64,000 nucleotides of DNA from Nioella sp. Lineage in GTDB: Bacteria; Pseudomonadota; Alphaproteobacteria; Rhodobacterales; Rhodobacteraceae. Of the stretch, positions 1 to 7,852 are shown one piece after another (position 1 is the stretch's first letter; the number at the start of each line of letters is the position of its first letter). The DNA lies in the NCBI RefSeq assembly GCF_965215655.1, contig NZ_OZ244111.1:517963-581962 (forward strand), in the 5' to 3' direction. The position numbers and the translations under genes are program-made. A model generated the notes under the pieces. That model was not told the origin of the DNA. It saw nothing but the letters and a program-made list of their open reading frames with translations, and ran no database searches.

Positions 1-484
1 TCACGACGTCGCCGATGTTGAGGGTCGACAGGTCAACGGTGATCTTTTCCGGGATGTCGCCTGCGGTCACGCGAAGTTCGACTTCCGGGCGCACCACGGT
101 GACAACGCCACCCTTCTTGATGCCGGGGGCCACCTCTTCGCCGACGAACTCAACCGGAATGAACAGGTTGACGCGGCTGGTGCGGCGCAGGCGCATCAGG
201 TCGACATGGGTCGGCAGGTCCTTCACGACGTCACGCTGAACGCCGCGGCAGATCACGCGCACATCTTCGTGGCCTTCAACCTTGAGGTTGAAGAGCTGCG
301 CCAGAAAGCGGCCTGCTTTCAGGTGCTTGAGCAACACGTTGAAGGGGATCTGAATCGAGACGGGGTCCGAACCACCGCCATAGACAACTCCGGGCACCAT
401 ACCGTTGCGGCGTGCTTGACGAGCGGCCCCCTTGCCTGTCCCCGTCCGTGCCTCGGCGACGAGATCTTTAATCTCTGCAGCCAT
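1..484 (-). CDS. rplY: 50S ribosomal protein L25/general stress protein Ctc (runs off the window edge)
   Basis: Manual translation from ATG at 484: [37 protein letters not shown]...[16 protein letters not shown]; L25/Ctc motifs; missing from the ORF track because it is truncated. Confidence 0.95.
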   Translation of the reverse strand, partial: MAAEIKDLVAEARTGTGKGAARQARRNGMVPGVVYGGGSDPVSIQIPFNVLLKHLKAGRFLAQLFNLKVEGHEDVRVICRGVQRDVVKDLPTHVDLMRLRRTSRVNLFIPVEFVGEEVAPGIKKGGVVTVVRPEVELRVTAGDIPEKITVDLSTLNIGDVV

Positions 485-543
485 AGCTATTCTCCATATG
501 ATAAAGGGCGGCCTCCAAGGGTGTCCGCCCGGTTGAGGCCGTG

Positions 544-572
544 CCTATAGACGAGCCTTGCGGGTTTGGAAA
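544..572 (-). promoter_or_regulatory. putative sigma70 promoter of rplY
   Basis: Minus strand TTTCCA-17 bp-TATAGG, ~55 nt upstream of the start codon. Confidence 0.5.
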
Positions 573-641
573 GGGGCATTGCGCGATGAATCCGCGCTTT
601 GGAGCTTGCTTTGAAGCAATGCCCGTGACAATCGCCCGGTC

Positions 642-1778
642 ATGCTGATCCTGCGCGCGATTTCCCTGTCCCGTCATGACCTGCCGGCCTTTGCGGCGCA
701 AGGCATCTATTGGGGTGCTTTCGCCGCCTATGTGCCGCAGATCAAGGCCCATATCGGGGCAAGCGACGGCGCCTTCGGCCTTGCGATGCTGGTCACCGCG
801 GCGGGTGCGGTGACGGCGATGCTGTCTGCGCCCATCTTCGCGGCGCGGTTCGGGCGCTATGCCGTGTCGCTTGCGTCCGTTCTGCTGGCGCTGGCGTTTC
901 AGGCGCCGATGTGGGTTGCGTCGGTGCCGGTTTTCGCGGCGCTGATGTTCTTTGCCGGGGCCGGGTCGGGATTGCAGGACGTGGTGATGAACACCCGCCT
1001 GTCGCGCACGGAATCGCGCCTCGGGGCATCCTTGATGAACCTCAATCACGCGATGTTTTCCTTTGCTTACGCAGCCTCTGCCATATCCGCGGGTCTGGCA
1101 CGAGAGGCGGGGCTGCCGCCCGCGCCGGTCTTCGCCACGCTTGGGCTGCTGACGCTGATTGCCTCGGCGTTCATGATGTCGGGGGATGGCGCGGAAACCC
1201 ATGGCACGGCCAAGGCCGCACGTGGCCGCTTTGGCGGCGTGGTGCTGTGGGGCGGGCTGATCGTGCTGGTGGCGTTCCTTGCGGAAAACGCGACCGAGGG
1301 CTGGTCGGCCCTGCATGTGGAACGCACCCTGGGTGGCGGTGCGGCCGAGGGCGCGCTTGGTCCCGCGATGCTTGGCCTGACCATGGGAATCGGACGTTTC
1401 ACCGGTCAGTTGGTGGTGGGCCGCCTGTCGGAAACCCGCGTGGTGTTCTGGAGCGCGCTGGTCACCGCCTGTGGAGCCTTGCTGGCGGCCATCGCCCCGG
1501 TGCCTCTGGTGGCCTATGCCGGGTTTGCCATTCTGGGGCTTGGAGTGTCCACCATCGCACCGATGCTGCTGGCGCTGGCGGGCCGACTGGCCAGCGATGA
1601 CGCGCGGGCCTATGTGATCAGCCGGGTCACGACCATCGGCTATTTCGGTTTCTTCATCGGTCCACCGATCATGGGCTTCATCGCGCAAGGTTTCGGCCTG
1701 CGGATGTCCTTCGGCTTCGTGGCGCTGCTCTTGCTGCTGATCCCCGGCTTTCTGGTGCTGATGCGCCGGGCGGGTTAG
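642..1778 (+). CDS. MFS transporter (YbjJ-like)
   Basis: 378 aa, ~12 hydrophobic segments, two-fold repeat with GRFGR / GRLSETR cytoplasmic loops. Confidence 0.85.
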   Translation: MLILRAISLSRHDLPAFAAQGIYWGAFAAYVPQIKAHIGASDGAFGLAMLVTAAGAVTAMLSAPIFAARFGRYAVSLASVLLALAFQAPMWVASVPVFAALMFFAGAGSGLQDVVMNTRLSRTESRLGASLMNLNHAMFSFAYAASAISAGLAREAGLPPAPVFATLGLLTLIASAFMMSGDGAETHGTAKAARGRFGGVVLWGGLIVLVAFLAENATEGWSALHVERTLGGGAAEGALGPAMLGLTMGIGRFTGQLVVGRLSETRVVFWSALVTACGALLAAIAPVPLVAYAGFAILGLGVSTIAPMLLALAGRLASDDARAYVISRVTTIGYFGFFIGPPIMGFIAQGFGLRMSFGFVALLLLLIPGFLVLMRRAG

Positions 1779-2287
1779 TCGAAGACCTCTCCGGGGTCGA
1801 CGCCCCAAAGTGTGTCCATCGGCACCCAACCGCGATGGCCGCCCACGTTCAGGCGACACCAGCTGCCGTTGCATTCATCGAGGAAGGCAATCACCCCAAG
1901 CTCAGCCTGAGCGGTAACGGGAGAGGCCGGGTCGGGCCTCTGGTGCAGTTCCAGCATGTCGACCTCGACAATCGCGGTGCGTATTCCCGACAGCAGCGAA
2001 TAATGCATCCAGCCGCCCGCCCCGTCGCGGTCGATGACCCGGCGCCAGTGTTCATGTTCGGCCACCACCTGCATCGGCATGTTGCGGCGCTGAAACACCC
2101 AGTCGATGCGGTGGCTGCGCGAGGGTCCGCGCCGTGCGAAAGCCTCTGACGCCTGGATCGAGACATAGCGAGGAATGGGGAACCCCGTCACGGGACCGCG
2201 CGCCTCGGCCTCCTGCGCGGTGGCGGCCGTGGCCATCAGACCCAGAATCATCGCGAGGATCACGCCCGATATCTTGCGCTTCGTCAT
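1775..2287 (-). CDS. secreted bacterial SH3-domain protein (two SH3_4-like repeats)
   Basis: Signal peptide (ATATA-Q), then GPVTGFPIPRYVS..RRGPSRSHRIDW..EHWRRVID..GWMHYSLLSG..WCRL..GWV; alternative GTG start at 2293. Confidence 0.8.
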   Translation of the reverse strand: MTKRKISGVILAMILGLMATAATAQEAEARGPVTGFPIPRYVSIQASEAFARRGPSRSHRIDWVFQRRNMPMQVVAEHEHWRRVIDRDGAGGWMHYSLLSGIRTAIVEVDMLELHQRPDPASPVTAQAELGVIAFLDECNGSWCRLNVGGHRGWVPMDTLWGVDPGEVFD

Positions 2288-2433
2288 CTGCACTGCCTGC
2301 CCGCACCTGTGCCGCTGTTTCGCGGTCTTGATCGGTGTTTTTGTCGCTGTTGGGGTGCTGTGTCTTGCACCCCTGCCTAGGATGAGAGAGTGTCACGGCA
2401 AGGGCTGAAATGCCAGAAAAAGGGAAAGACGGG

Positions 2434-3420
2434 ATGCCAGGTCAGAAGCTGAGTGTTGTCGTAACGCGACGGTTGCCCGAGGCGGTCGAGACGCGGATGT
2501 CGGAACTGTTCGATGTGGAACTGCGCGAGGATGATCGCCCGATGACCCGGCAGGAACTTGTCTCGGCCATGGGCCGGGCCGATGTGCTGGTGCCTTGCGT
2601 GACCGACCAGATCGACGCCGGATTGCTGGGGCAGGCGGGTGATAAGCTCAAGCTCATCGCCAATTATGGCGCGGGCGTCGATCATATCGACGTGCACACC
2701 GCCCGCCAGCGGGGCATTCTCGTGTCCAACACGCCCGGTGTGGTGACAGAGGACACCGCCGATATGACCATGGCGCTGATCCTTGCCGTCACGCGCCGCA
2801 TCCCCGAGGGTCTGGCGGTAATGCAGGCTGGCAAATGGCAGGGCTGGTCGCCCACGGCCTTCATGGGTGGGCGCATCGGCGGCAAGCGGCTCGGCATTCT
2901 GGGCATGGGCCGGATCGGCCAGGCCGTGGCCCGGCGCGCGGCGGTGTTCGGGATGCAGGTGCACTATCACAATCGCCGTCGTCTGCATGAGCACATCGAG
3001 GCGGATCTGGAGGCGACCTATTGGGAAAGCCTCGACCAGATGATCGCGCGGGTCGATATCCTGTCGATCAACTGCCCGCACACGCCCTCGACCTTTCACC
3101 TGATGAACGCGCGGCGGCTGAAGCTGATGAAACCCACGGCGGTGATCGTGAACACCTCCCGCGGGGAAGTCATCGACGAAAACGCCCTGACGCGAATGCT
3201 GCGGTCCGGCGATATCGCCGGGGCGGGTCTCGACGTGTTCGAACATGGCAAGGACGTGAACCCGCGCCTGCGCGAGCTGGAAAACGTGGTGCTGCTGCCG
3301 CATATGGGCTCGGCCACGCTGGAAGGGCGCGAGGAGATGGGCGAAAAGGTCATCATCAATATCAAGACCTTTGACGATGGCCACCGGCCGCCCGATCTGG
3401 TCGTGCCGAGCATGCTGTGA
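2434..3420 (+). CDS. D-isomer-specific 2-hydroxyacid dehydrogenase (glyoxylate/hydroxypyruvate reductase-like)
   Basis: GILGMGRIG Rossmann motif, NTSRGEV, LDVFE, LPHMGSAT; alternative start at 2410. Confidence 0.9.
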   Translation: MPGQKLSVVVTRRLPEAVETRMSELFDVELREDDRPMTRQELVSAMGRADVLVPCVTDQIDAGLLGQAGDKLKLIANYGAGVDHIDVHTARQRGILVSNTPGVVTEDTADMTMALILAVTRRIPEGLAVMQAGKWQGWSPTAFMGGRIGGKRLGILGMGRIGQAVARRAAVFGMQVHYHNRRRLHEHIEADLEATYWESLDQMIARVDILSINCPHTPSTFHLMNARRLKLMKPTAVIVNTSRGEVIDENALTRMLRSGDIAGAGLDVFEHGKDVNPRLRELENVVLLPHMGSATLEGREEMGEKVIINIKTFDDGHRPPDLVVPSML

Positions 3421-3433
3421 CCACGCGCAATCA

Positions 3434-3520
3434 GAAGAAAATTCCAGAATTTTCTTCCTGCCGCAAAATTCTTCCAGAAGAATTTTGGACCGGTTTGAAA
3501 ATCCTTCGGGAAGGATTTCC
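3434..3520. repeat. array of three AT-rich 24-bp palindromes (11-2-11)
   Basis: GAAGAAAATTC-CA-GAATTTTCTTC (3434-3457, perfect); CAAAATTCTTC-CA-GAAGAATTTTG (3464-3487, perfect); GAAAATCCTTC-GG-GAAGGATTTCC (3497-3520, one mismatch). Confidence 0.9.
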
Positions 3521-3537
3521 CGGCGCGCGTTGCGGTC

Positions 3538-4071
3538 ATGGCTAGGTTTGTCGTCCTACCGGTCCTGATTGCCTTCGCCTGCCTTCTGGCGGGTCTCTAC
3601 GGAGTGGTTCACAACCAGATCAGCTATACGGTCGGTCCCGACTATTTCCATGCTTTCAAGTTCCCCCAGTTCAACATCGCCGAGGCACTGCCATTCCGGG
3701 TTGGCGCAGCCATCGTCGGCTGGCGGGCAAGCTGGTGGATGGGGATAGTGATTGGCGTGCCCATCGCCGCCATTTCCCTGGCCATGCCAACAACGCGGCA
3801 GATGGTCCGCACCTTTCTGCGGGCGTCCCTGCTGATCGTTGGGATCACGTTTGCGCTCGGTGTGGCCAGCCTGTTTGTGCCGGTCGACCCCGCACAGTTT
3901 CACCATTTCCGCGTCCCGCCCGGCGTCACGGATGTGCCTGGATTCATTCGAGCTGGGTTGATGCACAACACCAGCTATTGTGCAGGCATGATCGGCCTTG
4001 GCGCCGGGCTTATTTATATGATCGTTGCGGTCATCCGGGCACGGCGATCGGTCGGTAACACAGCCAGATAG
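3538..4071 (+). CDS. uncharacterised integral membrane protein
   Basis: 177 aa ORF, about four hydrophobic segments, motifs HNQISYTVGPDYF, WWMG and MHNTSY. Confidence 0.7.
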   Translation: MARFVVLPVLIAFACLLAGLYGVVHNQISYTVGPDYFHAFKFPQFNIAEALPFRVGAAIVGWRASWWMGIVIGVPIAAISLAMPTTRQMVRTFLRASLLIVGITFALGVASLFVPVDPAQFHHFRVPPGVTDVPGFIRAGLMHNTSYCAGMIGLGAGLIYMIVAVIRARRSVGNTAR

Positions 4072-4197
4072 GCACGGCATGTCGCGAAAAACCCGGGCGC
4101 GTGTCGGATTCTCGCGTTATCTGGTCGGCTGGCCTTCGCACCGACCTGCGCAATTCGGCACATTACCGGCAGAAAATCTGGCCCGGAGTCGCGCCCA

Positions 4198-6705
4198 ATG
4201 AAAACCCAAGTCAAAGCCCTTGTCGTCGGTGGCGGTGCCGTCGGCACCTCGATCGCCTATCACCTTGCCAAAGCTGGCTGGGACGATGTCATGCTGCTGG
4301 AACGTGATGAGCTGACCTCCGGCTCTACCTGGCACGCTGCCGGTCTGCTGCCGCTCTTCAATATGAGCTACGCGACGACCCATATCCACCAGTACTCGGT
4401 TGATTTCTACAAGACGCTGGAAGAGGAAACCGGTCTGAATGCGGGCTTTGCCGTCGTTGGCAACCTGCGCATGGCGCAGACGCAGGAGCGCATGGATGAA
4501 TACATGCTCTACGCGTCGACCGCCGAGACCTGCGGTGTAAAATACGAATGGCTGACGCCGGACCAGATCAAGGAACGCTGGCCGCTGATTGAGACGTCCG
4601 ACCTCAAGGGCGCGATCTATCATACCGAGGACGGCTATATTAACCCCGCCGACGTGACCCAGGCGATGGCCAAGGGGGCCCGACAGCGCGGGGTGGAGAT
4701 CGTGCGCAAGATGCAGGCCGATGCCTTCCACTGGAATGGCACCCATTGGGAAGTGACCTGCACCAAGATGGTGGAAAAGGGCGGCAACCTCGTGCCCTCC
4801 GACGAACAGGTCGTGATCACCGCCGAGCATGTGGTGACTGCCTCGGGCAACCACGCACAGCGCACCGCCAAGATGCTGGGCATCAAGATGCCCGCGATCC
4901 CGGTGGAGCACACGTTCATCGTCATGGACAAGGACCCCGAGCTGGTCAAATGGCGTGAGGCCGGCAACCCCGAGCACCCGGTCGTGCGCGATGCCGATAA
5001 TGAATCCTACGCCCGCGAAGAACGCGGCGGCTGGATTCTGGGCATCTACGAACACGGCGCGCCCGCGCGCTTTGAATATGGTGTGCCGGACAGCTTCCGC
5101 GCCGACCTCTTCCCGCTCGATCTGGACCGGATCGCCGACCAGTACATGGCGATGGCAGAGCGGGTTCCTTCCTGCGCCGAATCCGGCCTGAAGGACGATT
5201 TCAACGGCCCGATCTGCTACACGCCCGATGGCAACCCGCTGGTCGGCCCTGCACCGGGCCTGCGCAACATGTGGCTGGCCGAGGGCTTTTCCTTCGGGAT
5301 CACGGCGGCTGGCGGCACCGGCTACTACCTCGCCCAGATGATGGTCGACGGTGAGGCCGAGATCGACATGGCCAGCCTCGACCCCAAGCGCTACAGCCAG
5401 AACTGGATGACCACCGAGTTCGCCGCGCGCAAGAACGAGGAATGCTACGAACACGTTTACATCCTGCATCATCCGGACGAAGAGCGTGAAGCCTGCCGCC
5501 CGCTGCGCACCGCGCCCGCCTATGACCGGCAGAAAGCGCGCGGCGCGCAGTTCGGGTTTGTGAATGGCTGGGAACGCCCCAACTATTACGGGCCGCTCGA
5601 CGCGCCTGAGACCTTCGACCATGACGCCCGCAGCTTCCGCCGTGGCGGCTGGTGGCAATATGCCGTGGAGGAGGCCAAGGCGATCCGTGAAGGCGTGGGC
5701 CTGATCGACGCGACCGCCTTTACCAAGCACGTGGTCAAGGGCCCCGGTGCAACCGCGTTCCTCGACTGGTTCACCTGCAACAAGCTGCCGAAGGTGGGCC
5801 GGATCAACCTGACCTACGCGCTGACAAGTGCGGGCACCACGCGCACCGAATACACCATCGTGCGCAATGGCGAGAACAATTACTACCTCGTCTCCGCGGG
5901 GGCCTGGACCGAGTATGACGCCGACTTCCTTCGCAAGGCGGCCGAGGACAAGATGGAGGAGTTCGGCTATATCGAGATCCAGGACGTGACCACCCAGTGG
6001 GGCGTTTTCGCCATCGCCGGGCCGAAGTCGCGCGACGTTCTGAAAGAGGTGATCAAGGACGCCGATCCCGAAACCGCCCTGTCCAACAAGCGCTTCCCCT
6101 GGCTCTCGGCCCGCCAGATCGAACTGGGCATGTGCCCGGTCAATGCGATCCGCGTGGCCTATACCGGTGAGCTGGGATGGGAACTGCATCACCCGATCGA
6201 GATGCAGAACTATCTGTTTGATCTTCTTGAAAAAGCTGGCGAAAAGCATGGGATGAAGCTGGTTGGCGCGCGCGCGCAGAACTGGCTGCGGCAGGAGAAA
6301 TCCTACCGTGCCTTTGGCAACGAACTGGGCCGCGACGCGACGCCACTGGAAGCCGACCTGCCGCGTTTTGTGGACCTGTCCAAAGAGTTCAACGGCAAGG
6401 CGGAGATGGAGGCCAAGGGCATCCGGTCCAAGTGCTGCACCGTCCTGATCGACGGGCCGGAGGATGCCGATCCCTGGGGACGCGAAGTGCTATACACGCC
6501 GGAAGGCGAGCGGGTTGGCCGCCTGACTTCGGGCGGTTATTCGGTGGCCTTCGGCAAGTCCATCGGCATGGGTTACGTCACCCCCGATCTGGCCGTGGAA
6601 GGCACGAAGCTGAAGGTCAAGATGCTCGATCAGTTGTGGGATGCGGTCGTGACCTGCGACAGCCCCTATGACCCGAAAAACGAGACCATCCGCAAGGACG
6701 GCTGA
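4198..6705 (+). CDS. GcvT-family FAD-dependent oxidoreductase (dimethylglycine/sarcosine dehydrogenase-like)
   Basis: 835 aa; GGGAVG FAD motif, TSGSTWHAAG, YTPDGNPLVG, C-terminal aminomethyltransferase fold (YTGELGWELH, LRQEKSYR, TSGGYS). Confidence 0.9.
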   Translation: MKTQVKALVVGGGAVGTSIAYHLAKAGWDDVMLLERDELTSGSTWHAAGLLPLFNMSYATTHIHQYSVDFYKTLEEETGLNAGFAVVGNLRMAQTQERMDEYMLYASTAETCGVKYEWLTPDQIKERWPLIETSDLKGAIYHTEDGYINPADVTQAMAKGARQRGVEIVRKMQADAFHWNGTHWEVTCTKMVEKGGNLVPSDEQVVITAEHVVTASGNHAQRTAKMLGIKMPAIPVEHTFIVMDKDPELVKWREAGNPEHPVVRDADNESYAREERGGWILGIYEHGAPARFEYGVPDSFRADLFPLDLDRIADQYMAMAERVPSCAESGLKDDFNGPICYTPDGNPLVGPAPGLRNMWLAEGFSFGITAAGGTGYYLAQMMVDGEAEIDMASLDPKRYSQNWMTTEFAARKNEECYEHVYILHHPDEEREACRPLRTAPAYDRQKARGAQFGFVNGWERPNYYGPLDAPETFDHDARSFRRGGWWQYAVEEAKAIREGVGLIDATAFTKHVVKGPGATAFLDWFTCNKLPKVGRINLTYALTSAGTTRTEYTIVRNGENNYYLVSAGAWTEYDADFLRKAAEDKMEEFGYIEIQDVTTQWGVFAIAGPKSRDVLKEVIKDADPETALSNKRFPWLSARQIELGMCPVNAIRVAYTGELGWELHHPIEMQNYLFDLLEKAGEKHGMKLVGARAQNWLRQEKSYRAFGNELGRDATPLEADLPRFVDLSKEFNGKAEMEAKGIRSKCCTVLIDGPEDADPWGREVLYTPEGERVGRLTSGGYSVAFGKSIGMGYVTPDLAVEGTKLKVKMLDQLWDAVVTCDSPYDPKNETIRKDG

Positions 6706-6711
6706 GACGCG

Positions 6712-6799
6712 TTAACCGGGGGTGCCACCCGTGCACCGGGCGTACACCCCCTGTACACCCCCCGTGCAGACGCGGCTTTGCAACGCGGCCAAGGGTTAA
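6712..6799. repeat. 88-bp REP/MITE-like element with TTAACC...GGTTAA ends and four 11-bp internal units
   Basis: Units CGTGCACCGGG/CGTACACCCCC/TGTACACCCCC/CGTGCAGACGC at 6730-6773; 6-bp terminal inverted repeat. Confidence 0.7.
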
Positions 6800-6825
6800 G
6801 GCGCGGGGCGATCGGTAAGAGATTG

Positions 6826-6860
6826 GAAAGACCCGCACGACCGGCGGGTCTTTCTTTGTT
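6826..6860 (+). terminator. intrinsic terminator
   Basis: GAAAGACCCGC-7 nt-GCGGGTCTTTC followed by TTTGTT. Confidence 0.8.
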
Positions 6861-6992
6861 GTGTCCCGACACGCGGCGATGTGCCGTGGGGGTACGAGTT
6901 CGAGCCAGCCGCAGCATGATCTCCTGGCCTCATGTATCAAATGCATCAACAATCTAGCTGACATTTCGGTCCATTTGAATCACCCTGCCCCC

Positions 6993-7190
6993 ATGCAGAA
7001 CAAGACCATAGATAACGCGCTTTTGGCGCTGAGAAAGCAGGGTGGTCAGCAAGGCAAGCAAGCAGACGTGCTGCTGGACATGCGCGGTGTTGCTGCCCTG
7101 GCCCACTATCAGGTTGCGCCGGAGCGACGAGCATTCACAACAAGCTATTGCGAGGCAAGTTCAGCGCGGCTTTCCTACTTCAGTCTTTAG
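6993..7190 (+). pseudogene. small, possibly truncated hypothetical protein (MQNKTIDNALLALRKQGG...)
   Basis: 65-aa ORF inside the inverted-repeat islet; N-terminus looks like an amphipathic helix; 3' end overlaps the convergent cargo ORF by 30 nt. Confidence 0.4.
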
Positions 7191-7718
7191 TGGCGATTGG
7201 GTCTTTTGATCTTCGAATATAATTGGTCGTCCAGACTGCTCGATAAGCTTGTACAACTGAAAAGCAGCGCGGCCAGCCTCAGTATCGCTGCCGATAGAAA
7301 AATCACCAAAAGAGCAGTCAATGAAGTCGTAAGCGCCCGTGCCATTGTACAAAAGCTTTACGCCGTTAAACTGACAGTTTTGAAAAGACTTTCCATCAAT
7401 TATAAGCTTATCATGTCGGAAGATTTTCCCACTCACAACTTCTTTTTTGATTGTAAACTTTGGCGGAAATTTTGACTTGAAGAAGTGCTGAAGCCACAAC
7501 GCTCCTGTACTTCCAAGCAGTACAAAAAACAAAGCTAATAATGGTGGCCCCAATGAACTATCAACAAACACACCGGACCCCTCCGACAGTAAGCGGTTCA
7601 TTCCTTGGCCAGCGGCCCACTCTTCTATGTTTTGCCGGTAGATGGTCCCCATCGGGATCAGCACAATAACCAGCAGTGCCGTTGAAACAAATCTCCACAT
7701 GGCAAGACCATGCCTCAC
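7161..7718 (-). CDS. low-GC hypothetical membrane protein (two TM helices plus a soluble C-terminal domain)
   Basis: 185 aa open frame across AT-rich DNA; GTG start at 7718 or ATG at 7700; C-terminal IIDGKSFQNCQFNGVKLLYNG. Confidence 0.65.
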   Translation of the reverse strand: MRHGLAMWRFVSTALLVIVLIPMGTIYRQNIEEWAAGQGMNRLLSEGSGVFVDSSLGPPLLALFFVLLGSTGALWLQHFFKSKFPPKFTIKKEVVSGKIFRHDKLIIDGKSFQNCQFNGVKLLYNGTGAYDFIDCSFGDFSIGSDTEAGRAAFQLYKLIEQSGRPIIFEDQKTQSPLKTEVGKPR

Positions 7719-7852
7719 CGCATGGAGGTTGTGGAGTCATTTCATAAACTCCTCTTCTGCACGCTTGGTGCGCTTGATACATAAGGCTGGGCTTTCCATC
7801 GGGCGGCTGCTCGGCCAAACTGGACGTTCAGTGATTGCTACGGGGGATCGGC

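Larger units (their letters stand above)
6901..7813. mobile_element. putative non-autonomous cassette / low-GC islet bounded by ~49-bp imperfect inverted repeats
   Basis: 6901-6949 vs reverse complement of 7765-7813: 36 of 50 aligned columns identical, core 21/27; interior lines 7381-7500 are 35-37% GC by hand count; no transposase, no target-site duplication seen. Confidence 0.5.

Noticed and set aside
3434-3520. CRISPR interpretation of the palindrome triplet
   Set aside because: Repeats differ in sequence, spacers are only 6 and 9 nt, and there are no cas genes
6730-6773. CRISPR or oriC/iteron origin interpretation of the 11-bp units
   Set aside because: No spacers, no rep or dnaA gene, and no AT-rich unwinding region adjacent
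7561-7818. 85-aa ORF starting within the right inverted repeat (MAEQPP..MYQAHQ..)
   Set aside because: Overlaps the better 185-aa cargo ORF on the same strand in another frame; no recognisable motifs
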